From Nemertoderma westbladi (lineage: Eukaryota; Animalia; Xenacoelomorpha), in the NCBI GenBank assembly GCA_032718475.1, contig JAUCBJ010001909.1, positions 1-44,170 of the forward strand: a stretch of 44,170 bases of DNA. Direction: 5' to 3'. Shown here one piece after another: positions 1 through 12,110 of the stretch (position 1 is its first letter; each line of letters begins with the position of its first letter). The notes under the pieces were generated by a model, which worked only from the letters and a program-made list of their open reading frames with translations, was not told the DNA's origin and made no database searches. A program made the position numbers and the translations under genes.

Positions 1-189
1 AAGTACAAGTATAAGTACAAGCACAAGTACAAGTACAAGTACAAGTACAAGTACAAGTACAAGTACAAGTACAAGTACATGGAGAACTTCAAGTTCAAGT
101 ACAAGTACAAGTTCAAGTTCAAGTACAAGTACAAGTACAAGTACAAGTACAAGTACAAGTACAAGTACAATTACAAGTACAAGCACAAG
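1..189. repeat. (AAGTAC)n hexanucleotide microsatellite with AAGTTC/AAGCAC variants; runs off the window start
   Basis: Directly visible tandem AAGTAC units, interrupted once at about 80-90. Confidence 0.95.
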
Positions 190-2918
190 TGCCCGTACCA
201 ATAACCGATATTGATATTGTAATCGGCATTGAAACCAATGGCATTGCATAACATAGCATATATAATAATAAATTTCGAATAAGGTTATTCTTCATACTGA
301 TTCTTAGTTATTGGTATGAATAGATAGATCAATTTACAGTGAATCTAAAGAACTTTAAACCAGCATTTTTCATCCACGAGAACCCAAGATACAGCTATCA
401 CAATATACCCACGTCTCACACTATGCATATTATCTACTAAGAAATAGTATCCATCCCTTCCCCTTATTAATTAATTGTACAATAGGAATAGTGTTTTACA
501 CCACCATGCGGCACAGTACGAATTGACTTCGGCCGCTAGAGACGCTACAGAATGACGGCCGGGGGGGGTGCCCGCTAGAGACATTTCCAATTTATATGCT
601 AAGGACTGGCCCTTACCATGGTATTGCCATAGTTACTCCATGATATTCAATGGAGCGATATTGCAAAAAAAACATAATGTCAATACACCAATACCCATTG
701 GCTGACTTACACTCATTTTTAAAAGACACTTTCACAAAAATTTCTTTGATTTTCAAAAATGTCTTTCACACATTTCTCGAGTAAGTAATCTACCAAAATT
801 AATAACTTCAATTCCAAAACATTTCTGCTGTTAATTAAGTGAAAATATCAAGCATTTCTTTACGTCCTGTTGCTTGTCCTTTTTTTCATCTAAATAAGGG
901 CTACAAAGCGAGAATCACTTCATCATTCAGAATCGCAAAGCAAAATTAAAACCACTTCTCATACAGTTACTATAGTTGATGGGCTAGCCAAGGACCTTTG
1001 TGACAGCACTGGTGTCCGCCATTGAATTCAATACAAAACACATATTCATAGGTCCGTCCTGTAGAACTAATCAACCAACCAATATGTCAATACGCCATTG
1101 TTCTCTGTTGAGCTGTTCTCATATCATCCTAATCAGGCCTATGTGACCGTAGCGTACTTGTTTCAGTCTGCATTCAGCTTGGTGCTCGCGGTATTTATTC
1201 AAAGGCAGGGGCCAGACATTCCATATAATTACTTTATATTGTGTTGTCAATAACAGTAATACTGCTGTGTTTTTTGGTTGTTAAGTCGCTTTACAATAAT
1301 TAATGGCCATTTCCAATCGATTATATTAAAGTGTTACGGGACCATAGGGACGACTCCATCCATTGTTATTACAGGTAAATTTATTATAATAATCCCGTAC
1401 ATAATAATATTCATTAGTATACGTAGCTAGACTTACTACAATAATGGTTTAACTTACTAATTTATTTAATTTACTCAGGTTGTTATATCAGATCAGTGTA
1501 TGTTCGTGGCTCGGGATTTCAACCACTTGGTGCGCCACTACCGGAAACACGGTGTGACGCTATCAACCAAAAACGGACCTAGGTCCCATTACGACCACCT
1601 GTATCGCAAGGGGATTGCCTGTTGTACGAGAATTGCAATAAAGGTAAAACTTAACGTTGTCTCGATTGCCTACAAATAACACACATGGGGCGTTTCTTGT
1701 TGCTTCTCGCTTCGGCTTCAAACATCCCAAATAAAGCTGCTTGTTAAATTAATTATTGGTATAATAACACATGATTTAGCAAAGAGTAAGTGAACAGAAC
1801 ACCTAAAGTGATGGGGTGTTTCCCTCCTGAGGTGTGAGGTGTTCAACATTAATGAATGCCTATAATTAATTCAACTCAATTTCCAAGAAATGTGTGACTT
1901 TGTTTGATATTGAGAAGGAAAAAACGACCGTATTGAGGGTTGGCTTCTAGTGTAATTAATTCCATTAAATTATGCGTTCGGTTTCTAGGCAGGTTATTTT
2001 TCTATGATTGTAGGAGTATTTAGAGTAAATAGTCATAATGTTAAATATATTATTAATAATGAATGTGGTATCCCTATAGACAGATTAATACCGGACACAG
2101 TAAATAAAGTTATGAGATGTTCCTGTGCCGTCAGATAGTGAACAGTAAAATCATATTTGCAGGGAACTTTCAAATATTATAGAGAGTGAGTTGAAAGTGC
2201 CCGGTTTTATAATTTTATTTATAAGTGATTAATTTCAGTGATAATTGAGGAATTTTAATTGTAAGTGATTAACTTTAGTGATTATTTTAGTGATAAAGCT
2301 ATTAAATTTAGTGAAAATGATTGTAAATAATGATTATTGCATTAAATTTAGTGAAAAAATGATTTTCTTTAGTGATGGTAAACTAAAGTGCCTTTGATTA
2401 TGTTATATGTTCCAACCTTTGACATACGGCAGGAAGCATGTGATTGGTTAATTTTAGTAGTAGCAAGCCAGGAAATATTGTACAGCGATTAATTACCACC
2501 AATTCTTGTTTGTAGCTTTTCTAGATACAGTAGTCAGATATTTTTTCGTAAAGTTCATCGAAAGACATGTGAGTGTAATTCTTAGAATTTCTTCAAAAGA
2601 ATCTTCTCTCTGCTGTCTGTATAATTTTGCCATAATACCTCGTAATTATCTTGACATTAGGATGAACCTAATAATGCCTTTGTTGATTGACCCTTTTCTC
2701 ACCTCCGTTTAATCACTTTATAGAATAATGGAGGTTTATGTTGGTTCACTCAATATATAAAAACGAATTTTAATGACTTCACAAATCCCTTCGCCTAATA
2801 AATGGCGTAAGACGCATCTTATATTTCTACACTTTTAACGTACGGACTCAGACAAAACCTGTAAACTATTTACTTGTCGCTTTCAAGAGAAACTCCAGTG
2901 GAGAACCAACGGTCCGTA

Positions 2919-3917
2919 GTGTAATGTTAAGTAGTAGGCTAGTCAGGTGTAATGTTAAGTAGTAGGCTAGTCAGGTGTAATGTTAAGTAGTAGGCTAGTC
3001 AGGTGTAATGTTAAGTAGTAGGCTAGTCAGGTGTAATGTTAAGTAGTAGGCTAGTCAGGTGTAATGTTAAGTAGTAGGCTAGTCAGGTGTAATGTTAAGT
3101 AGTAGGCTAGTCAGGTGTAATGTTAAGTAGTAGGCTAGTCAGGTGTAATGTTAAGTAGTAGGCTAGTCAGGTGTAATGTTAAGTAGTAGGCTAGTCAGGT
3201 GTAATGTTAAGTAGTAGGCTAGTCAGGTGTAATGTTAAGTAGTAGGCTAGTCAGGTGTAATGTTAAGTAGTAGGCTAGTCAGGTGTAATGTTAAGTAGTA
3301 GGCTAGTCAGGTGTAATGTTAAGTAGTAGGCTAGTCAGGTGTAATGTTAAGTAGTAGGCTAGTCAGGTGTAATGTTAAGTAGTAGGCTAGTCAGGTGTAA
3401 TGTTAAGTAGTAGGCTAGTCAGGTGTAATGTTAAGTAGTAGGCTAGTCAGGTGTAATGTTAAGTAGTAGGCTAGTCAGGTGTAATGTTAAGTAGTAGGCT
3501 AGTCAGGTGTAATGTTAAGTAGTAGGCTAGTCAGGTGTAATGTTAAGTAGTAGGCTAGTCAGGTGTAATGTTAAGTAGTAGGCTAGTCAGGTGTAATGTT
3601 AAGTAGTAGGCTAGTCAGGTGTAATGTTAAGTAGTAGGCTAGTCAGGTGTAATGTTAAGTAGTAGGCTAGTCAGGTGTAATGTTAAGTAGTAGGCTAGTC
3701 AGGTGTAATGTTAAGTAGTAGGCTAGTCAGGTGTAATGTTAAGTAGTAGGCTAGTCAGGTGTAATGTTAAGTAGTAGGCTAGTCAGGTGTAATGTTAAGT
3801 AGTAGGCTAGTCAGGTGTAATGTTAAGTAGTAGGCTAGTCAGGTGTAATGTTAAGTAGTAGGCTAGTCAGGTGTAATGTTAAGTAGTAGGCTAGTCAGGT
3901 GTAATGTTAAGTAGTAG
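2919..3917. repeat. 28-bp minisatellite GTGTAATGTTAAGTAGTAGGCTAGTCAG, about 35.7 copies
   Basis: Head-to-tail units with no spacers; no variant unit seen by eye. Confidence 0.97.
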
Positions 3918-4608
3918 TCATTCAACTGTATAACGTCTTGGGCGTTTTGTCATGTAATTTATTTTATACATCGTTATAATCAAATTCAATTGTAAATTTA
4001 AAGCTTAGTAGGTTAACTATTAACAGCTGTCGATTAAAAACTTACAAAACCAGAAAACTTGACCAGGATGCCAGCCGGGTGCAAACAGCTGTTGGGTAGA
4101 CTCAATTGAACATTTCACAAACTTTCATATGAGACATTATATTGGTTGTTTCCGATGATTTTATTAGACTAATTAATTAATTAGTGTTCATTATTTCATT
4201 GATCTAATACGCAGTAAGACCCTTTCGCAGAGTAAACTGCTCTTTGGGCCGTTTCCCAGGTTGCGGATATGGATAACATTTCAGACATCGCAGTAACTGT
4301 GATTGTGATTTAATACAAATTAATTAATTGTTGCGGGGTGAGTGACGGTGAATTAAATACAGTATTATATACTGTAATATAACAATATGTATTTTTTTTA
4401 CCACATGGGCCATAGGGCTTCGGCCATTTCTACCTGGCCGAAACCCATATCTTCTAAGGACCGCAGGTAATCCCAGACCCAGCCTAGCTAGGCGCAGACT
4501 ACTTTAATGGGGATAAAAATGTCTATTACACTTGCATATATTTATTTGATTTTTGGAGCAGTATGATTTTCAAGATGTTGATTTCAAACTCTGCTACCCA
4601 CCCTTTAA

Positions 4609-5335
4609 GGGGGGGGGGGGGGGGGGGGGGGGGGGGGTACACCATTTTCGGACAACTCTTCGATTTATCCCTCTCAGCGTTTCAAAATTGTTTGGTTTTG
4701 GCTAAAATTTGGCATACAGGTGCCTAAGATGCTATTATTATTATATTATTATTATATTATTATTATGATTATATAGGTCAGAAAATTTTTTTTTTCGCTA
4801 TTTAATATTAAAGTGAATACTAGTTTAAAACCCTAAGGCTTTTACAGTTTTGAATTTAATCACATGAAAGTTTTTTTATATGATAGATCAAAGATGGGGC
4901 AACATAAATATCAGGCTAAATTTTGCGAATATAATTCTGAACCGCTAGGTGGCGCTGCAAATTTTTGCTAATTTTTTAGGTTTGTTATAAATAGTATTAA
5001 ATTTTATTACCAAGAAATTTCAAAATGTTGTCTGATACTTTTATGCTTTTTTACACCCACAGAAATTTCCAGACTAATTACTCTAAAATTATAGAAGTAG
5101 TAGGGTTTTGAAGTTGACAATTTCATAAAAAAAATATTTGGAGATAAACGACCTTTCATTATAGTAATTTTAATAGGTCTCCCTAAATGGAAATTGTTAT
5201 AACTTGAAAACTAAAAGAGCTATTAAATAGCGGTTTTCAGATATGAAAACACCATTTAATCGTGCATTATAATAGATCATAAAAATAATTTCGACATATT
5301 TTGAACCAAAATGGTGACCCCCCCCCCCCCCCCCC
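4609..5335. mobile_element. Non-autonomous DNA transposon (Kolobok-like MITE) with G-run/C-run termini and TTAA target duplication
   Basis: TTAA (4605-4608) | G-run-TACACCATTTTCGGACAA ... TTGAACCAAAATGGTGA-C-run | TTAA (5336-5339). Imperfect TIRs starting with purines plus a TTAA TSD fit Kolobok better than piggyBac (CCY ends). Confidence 0.65.
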
Positions 5336-6331
5336 TTAACAGTATCTTACAAATTATATATGTAACGCAGCTTGTTTTTTATTAATTAAGGGGACTATTA
5401 ATTACCCCAAATCTATTTTTTATGTATTTTTATAGCTACTATTCTTAAAATTTAACACAATGATCTGTGATCTTTTACTATAAAAACTGGGTATGCATAA
5501 CTTCGTAAACCTGTTTGTTCGAAAAATATGGCACTTTTTGTGCAGGTCGGTGTTTTTCAAATTGTATAAATTATGAGGCTTTTATATGTAAAATATCATG
5601 TTTCTGGGTTGAAGTTCTCTGAACAAGAATTTGGCAAAATGGACCTACGATATATAGCTATCTTCTATGAAAATTTCTGCACAAAATTATTGTTTTTGAA
5701 AAATTAATGGGTGTTTTAGAACTTTCGGGATGTGTTTTGGTAATCAAATATTTTATGATGGACAAAGTGTAGCAGTTACAAAATCGGTTCTAGAAGATCC
5801 AAATGGCCATGTTTTACTAAACCAATACTCACGATTGTAGTCCTAAAAAATGTAACCAAATTGGTGCTGAACATTTTGGTATATGTTTGATGACAATTGA
5901 GTAAAAAATAAAATAGTAGTAGCGAATTTAGTGCGGAAAGAAAGTCAAAATCGACAAACTTAGAAAAAGGTTGTTTTATTCAGAGAGTCATGTATATCAG
6001 CCATAAATATACTGAATTGTTGAAAAGTTCTGTTTTGTGGTTAACCTACAGACACATAACTTTTCGTAAATCTGCTAGGTGGCGTACGCTATTTTTCACA
6101 CGAGTTTCTAGATTCCGAAAATCGCATTTTAAACCAATAATGTTAGCACATGTGGGGAATCGTAGTAATTTGTGACGAGAAGTGTTGTTAATTCCGCTAA
6201 ATGTTAGCAGAAGTATCATTTCCCACGAGCACCCCCACAACCCCCACGAACACAATCGAACACAGTCGATAGTAGAAGGAGCACAAAAAAGGTTTAACTT
6301 CCAAAAATTAGAGACATTTTAATACAAGATA

Positions 6332-6337
6332 TTTATT
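6332..6337 (-). terminator. Candidate polyadenylation signal (AATAAA) of THOC2
   Basis: TTTATT on + strand about 230 nt past the THOC2 stop; an ATTAAA variant lies at 6318-6323. Confidence 0.45.
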
Positions 6338-6563
6338 ATTTATAGACAACAGGGAACCACTAATTCACATTTAGGGCTATAAGTTACCAGTCCACTTAAA
6401 GATGATAATAAAATCTGCGAGATTGAGCGGCTTCCTCTCACATTATTGCCACATTGGTGATCCAGTTTAACCCGAGTCCAGTTTGACATCCATCGTTGCG
6501 GGGGAAACTAACGCGTTGTCAAGACAACCAGTACGTGTCACCATGCCAACTTATCCCCTTCGA

Positions 6564-7289
6564 TCAACTATTCTTCAATCTCTTATGCCCGAGTCTCTCC
6601 TCCCTCCGTTGTAAGCGCTCCTCTTTACTCCGTTTATCCCCCCCGTGTTCCCCCTCCCTCCTACCCCTCTTACTGCCCCCTTCGCCCCCTCCGCCAACCG
6701 CCTCCTCCCGCCCCCCACCCTTCCGATGCTCCTTGCCCCCTCCTCCCTCCCCCCGGCTGTGGTGAACCTGCGGCGAGCCGACCCCCTCCACCCGCCTCCG
6801 TTTGTGCTCGTACTCCACATCGGAACCGTGCGGCTTCCTCGACGGTTTCACGTCGCCGTTCGCTACAATCCGATCCCCTCCGCTCCGCTCCGAACCCCCT
6901 GACTTCCCTTCTTTTCTTTCCCGCTTCGAAGACTCGCTAGTTTTAGAGCGTTGCGTAGTAACGCCACTACTCCTAACCTTGGCGACCGTCGCTGCTCCGT
7001 TTACAACATTACTTTGCGTTGCCGGGGGATCCTTCTTATGGAACTCATGCTCTTGTAACCAGGATTTCTTCCTGAGTCTGAGTTGTCCGACGTAGGAGAG
7101 TGCGAATGCGTACAGATCAGGTCGTCTCTCCTTCTCTTCCCCCAAGAGTTTCTCTAATCGCCGATCCAAGGCCTGGCCCAGGTTGCTCAGCATCGGATAA
7201 TGGGGTATCACTTTGTTGAGCACTATTAGAGTGTTCCGTATTTGGGTGTAGTCGCCGGACTCCAAACAAATTATCAAGGATTTCGTCAC
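6564..7289 (-). CDS. THOC2: THOC2 coding exon 10 (terminal)
   Basis: VTKSLIICLESGDYTQIRNTLIVLNKVIPHYP...EEKERRPDLYAFALSYVGQL resembles the THOC2 C-terminal conserved block, then a basic low-complexity tail. Acceptor tactacAG at 7290-7291; TGA at 6564-6566. Confidence 0.93.
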   Translation of the reverse strand: MTKSLIICLESGDYTQIRNTLIVLNKVIPHYPMLSNLGQALDRRLEKLLGEEKERRPDLYAFALSYVGQLRLRKKSWLQEHEFHKKDPPATQSNVVNGAATVAKVRSSGVTTQRSKTSESSKRERKEGKSGGSERSGGDRIVANGDVKPSRKPHGSDVEYEHKRRRVEGVGSPQVHHSRGEGGGGKEHRKGGGREEAVGGGGEGGSKRGRREGEHGGDKRSKEERLQRREERLGHKRLKNS

Positions 7290-7582
7290 CTGTAGTAATA
7301 TGAATTTAATGAGTAACGCAAATAAACCTCAGAGGCCCCTCTCTCTTGGCTGTTACTTGTAAGATATGGACGTTGCTACACTAACTCCCAATGGTAATCT
7401 CTACATAATTATAAAACCCATCTCTATAGCAGCCTAGACGAATAAAATGACAAACTAAAAGGTAAAAAAACGTAAAACATGTTTTCACAATATTATCTCT
7501 ATTCTACTAGATCATATTACCTGTTATACTTTCTATATAATATTTAGTTATATAAGTAGTGCAGAACAGCTGTAGTACATTC

Positions 7583-9305
7583 TAGGGGTGCGACAGAGCT
7601 AAAATTTCATCCGGAGCCGGAGCCCGGAGGTTTCTCCGGGTTACAATATGAGCTCCGACCGGAGACGGAGCCGGAGCCGGAGGTTTGGTGATTGATAATT
7701 CAAGTGTATTATTATAGTAGACATAGACAGATATGCGTCCATTAAACAGGGGAGGGGGGGGGGGGGATTTGATGCAAATTCTTACCGGTACTCAATTATC
7801 AATTAAGGGAAATGAGCAGTTTGCAGTCGCATGCTATTCTTTTCTAATCAAAACAATAAACTATATTCAATAGAACAGGTTACAATTATATTTTTGGGAG
7901 TAATTTGCAGTTATTTGCGTCGATTTTCCCCCTGGAGAGGGATGCATTTTGATTGCGTACAAAGACTCTCTTATCTGGTGTTCAATGGGCTAAAATATAC
8001 TGTATTGTTTTAGACTTTTCAGTTCACACTTATTACACAAACTCTGTTATTTTTATATTTCTTACGACTAGGCTATCAGTAACTTCGGTTTGTTGTCAAC
8101 TTATCATCGACACTATTTTATGGGACATTGTGTAATTAATTTCCAGGAGTTGGTGCAGTATTCATTATAATATAATGAATACTGCACCAACTCCTGGAAA
8201 TTAATATTTGTTTTAAATATTTGTTTAAAATAATTATTTTATTTAAATTTGAAAAAAAAAATTTCGCTTACATTTTTTTTTTAAATATTTCTTTAACAAC
8301 CATAGTTCATGAACAATATTAGTTTCAAAGTGTTAAAAGTTGTATAAAAAGCCGAATAACATTGAGCTGCCTCACTATATAGTAAGAATTGCTATGATAT
8401 TATTAATATTTTCCATTTTTTTTAATAATCGCTTATTATAACCGCTATTAATAAAATTTTTTTTGCTACCCGATTCACCTTCACATAAATCGGTATAACT
8501 TTTTTTTGGAAATAGATATTGAGACACAGTTTTTTTTGTTAAAATCTCTGGAAAATTCTGCATCTCATAGGCCTAATAACTCAAAATCGACCCCCGGTGA
8601 CATAAGGTCCCTTTTCTCGTGGCCAGCCACATATTGTCATTGATAAACGCTAAAACATGTACCACCTACGTAACGTACGTAGGCTGGCTGGCATAAACCG
8701 GATATCTAAAATAATATTTAGTAATTTGGATATATCACAACAGTTTAGAGGGTCCTCGGGCTCTATTTACATTATTGAATCAGGAACTTAAATACAATCT
8801 CCGCACACAAATATTGTATAACTACTAAAATTATTATTACATCAATTTAATAAAGTTCTATAATATAATATAGTTCTAGAATTATAAGTATTTAAACTGA
8901 TTATTTTATACAAATGAACAGTACCAGCCTGTTGGGGATGGGTCAGTGGAATTGAGGTTCTGGAGACGAACGAAACGATAGTGTGACGTATTTAAGATTT
9001 TTTAATTAGGGAAGAATATTAATTGAATTAACTGAATCATTTCAATGTTTTTGTTCAAACATTTAAACAATTTCACAAAGGGGGTGGGAGGTTATCAGGA
9101 AACTTAAAAAAAACAAGCTGTAAATTACTTACTGAGTTATTATGTTAATTACTATGATATTTACATTATTCACACATCAGAAAAACTTATTATTTTAATT
9201 CGAATTTAAACAATATAAGCTCCGGATTGGCTCCGGGTTAATTTACCCGGAGCCGGAACCAGAGCCGGAACTAGAAAATTGGCCCGGAGCTCTGTCGCAT
9301 CCCTA
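7583..9305. mobile_element. Non-autonomous hAT (Ac-like) DNA transposon
   Basis: 18-bp TIRs TAGGGGTGCGACAGAGCT / AGCTCTGTCGCATCCCTA (one mismatch). 8-bp TSD GTACATTC (7575-7582) / GTCCATTC (9306-9313). Clustered subterminal CCGGAG repeats at both ends; no transposase ORF. Confidence 0.85.
8135..8205. repeat. Perfect 35-bp inverted repeat with 1-nt spacer
   Basis: ATTAATTTCCAGGAGTTGGTGCAGTATTCATTATA-A-TATAATGAATACTGCACCAACTCCTGGAAATTAAT. Confidence 0.95.
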
Positions 9306-9528
9306 GTCCATTCTACTTAGTATCCCGTATGAGAAAATAACACGAAAATATCAGAATAACACGTTCGTTCCATAGCAAAAAATACAAATCCCAACTCTAA
9401 TAAAATTATTTATTACAAGGGAAAAAACGTAGAACTTTTTTTCAATATTCTCTCGACACTTTATTAACCTCGCTGGGACTCTGGGAAGGCCTCGAGAATA
9501 GTGAAAAAAAGTTATACTTTTTCCCATG

Positions 9529-11269
9529 TGTATTGATTTTGTGTCGGTACTTAATTTGCTATTAACAATAATTGCTTAATAATAGTAGAATTTTTAGTAA
9601 ATGGAAATATTTGCCATGATTTATATTATCTTACTTATGAATAGGAAGAGAAGTATATTTTTAAGAAACACCGAAGGATAATTTTATTTTTATCGGTATT
9701 AAGCCGTTCCTTTACTTTCGTGGCTCGCCCCACCATGTTATCTCAGATTTAATAAAATATTCAGTGCAATTTCTATATTGACCGCTGGAAGGCGTTGCCT
9801 TTGCTCTATTGATGGGACCTAAACTCGCACTGATTCATGTCTTTAGAGGAGAAATACTAATATGTTAGGACAGGACCGGCAGATAACAATGTTATGATCA
9901 AATTTATTGTTTGGCCCTTCATTGTTGGATGTTTGCCACCTTTGCTTCACTAACATATGAATGCATAGGTTGCTAAGGGATACATACTAGTTAAGCTTAA
10001 ATGTGATTCGATATAACGTGATTAGGTGTCAACGTTGCGGTATAAAAGGGCCCACCCCCTCTTTTGCAATAAATTAGTAAATTAGTAAATTAGTAAATTA
10101 GTAAATTAGTAAATTAAAGTATTCACAAATAGAATTTACAATCTTATATTACCTGTATTTCGTTCGTGTTTGGAAGTAATTATTATGTGAATTTAAGTAT
10201 CAGATTATACTATCTTGAGTTCTAACTTCAATTAGATCTTATTTTCAACAATGTTATCGGTTAAAACATTTACAACATGATGAGCTAAGCGTCATTTACG
10301 TGGGCCGGAAGGTTGGGAAACATGGATACAAGCGGCTGAACAACCATAGTCGCACGGATACTAATAGTCAAGGGAAGTCAGGTTAGAGTATCATTACGAG
10401 TAAATGGGAGAAACATTTGTCAGGTGTAGGTCATCAACTTTAGCTGTCTTACATTTCACCAGCCTTACAAAATTTAGGATACCCGTATGAAAATTGAACA
10501 ATCCGCACAGCGAAGCAAAAACACGCACAACGCAACAGCAGAAAATAAGCCAATAGTTATTTATAGGTAAATAATTCTATACCTCAGTTTAGCGTAGCCT
10601 TGGCAAGATATTATAGGAGCTCAATTCGTGGTAGCTATGCGTGAGCCGACATTTGATTGGTTGTTGGGTTCCAGGCAGCATCAGTTGAGTTCCTTTGTTA
10701 CTGTGCAGGGTGGTGTAGAATTAATTTGTTTACTTATACATAATTTTGTGTTCTGGAATGTCATATTCTGGAATGTTGGAATATATTCTGCTGTGCATGA
10801 CTGACAGACTGTTAGGGATTATTCTATATTAGGTGGAAATTAGTTATTTGCCACTATACAACTAACTTGCGCTATGGACAATTTAGGCACTGTATCCTAG
10901 CTGACAAGGACAATTAGACAATTCTTGCCGAGATATTTGCAATTTTTAGAATTACGGTAAGTCTTATGTAAATTTAGAAAAACAGTTTGGCGTGAATTTG
11001 TTATCCATTTATTGTTACTGTTACATATTCAGCAATTGCTGTTCATATGGGAAATGTTTTTATAAAAACCTGAAATATTTATTGAACTCGAAATTATCAA
11101 TAGATTATCCTAGAAAATACACAGTCTGGGGAGGCTGTTTAGTAGATCAGATAAGGACCCGCTATAGCGGTAAATTATATTCTTGTGGAGATCTCGACCC
11201 GGGAATCGTTGATTAGTGTTTCACATATAGATCTGCCTGGTCGGGGATTCTTATGCAGATAGTTTTACA
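9529..11269 (+). repeat. 5' LTR (1741 bp)
   Basis: Starts TGTATTG and ends TTTTACA; direct repeat of 22213-23961. Contains TATAAAAG (10041), TATTTATA/TCAGTT (10558/10584) and a (TTAGTAAA)5 array. Confidence 0.96.
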
Positions 11270-12110
11270 TTCAATTTTCATAAATTGCAATTTGTTTCTA
11301 GGATAATTTATATTAGTAACGTTCAAACGTTATTAAGAAAATACTATTTGTACCTTTTCGGCCCAGTCAATTTTATATTTCTGGTTAGTTAAAATATTTG
11401 ATAATATTAAATTAAAATAATAGTAGGAATTTAAATTGATTACAAGTATAAATAAATTAGGGCACCGGATTAATTCTACGTACAACTTGCAGGTACTCTG
11501 ACAAGATTTACAATTGAATCTGGGATTGCTGAAATCCACGAGTTTGGTACATTGGTGAGCATCCACAACGGGAGAAAGTTTCTCAAGGATGACGTCACGG
11601 ATTGGTACGCGGGAGGGACGGACTGCTCTTCTTGGGGTTAGTTGTACAGTTTTCACCTTTGTATTTGTGAGACAACGTAGAAATATTTCGGCTGCAATAT
11701 TTTTAAATATTAATTTGACATTTAACTTGACATTATGGTATCCGTTGATCAAATTGTGTATCCATTCCCAGTGCCCGAAGGTTCACGAATTATAAAATAT
11801 TTATATTTCAAATAATTTACCGAATTTGTTTGGTAATATTATTGATATTTGCTGTTTTATTGTGCTAACGAAAATCTGTGATTAGAACTACCGTTCTAGA
11901 AGATAATTTGTGTCGAATTAATTCACAAAATTTATTATAGTTTGTAAATTTTGTAAAATTATTTTAATATTAATAATTACTATAAAGTGCTATTAACTGG
12001 TTAATTTAGTTACCGTTCGATAAAGCACCGACCTGAAGGTTATGACAACCGACTTTCTGAACTTTATAATTTAATTACTGAAATTGACATAAACATTTAT
12101 TAAATTAATT

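Noticed and set aside
1479-1643. Exon-like 165-nt block (cAG...GTAAAA, open in phase 0) on the + strand
   Set aside because: The peptide is unrecognisable and I could not link it to neighbouring exons; may be a decayed transposon fragment.
6496-7095. Pro-rich + strand ORFs opposite the THOC2 terminal exon, and similar ORFs opposite exons 2-8
   Set aside because: Antisense shadows of GC-rich coding exons.
10992-11216. Identical 74-aa ORFs at 10992 and 23684
   Set aside because: Identical only because they lie in the two LTRs; GTG start and no recognisable domain.
9529-11269. Hammerhead ribozyme (retrozyme-like) in the LTR as the source of a self-primer
   Set aside because: No CTGANGA...GAAA core with supporting stems found by eye; a covariance-model search would be needed to exclude other ribozymes.
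11333-11752. 139-aa antisense ORF in the retrotransposon leader
   Set aside because: TTG start, AT-driven I/N/K/L composition at both ends and no recognisable domain; cannot be supported without conservation data.
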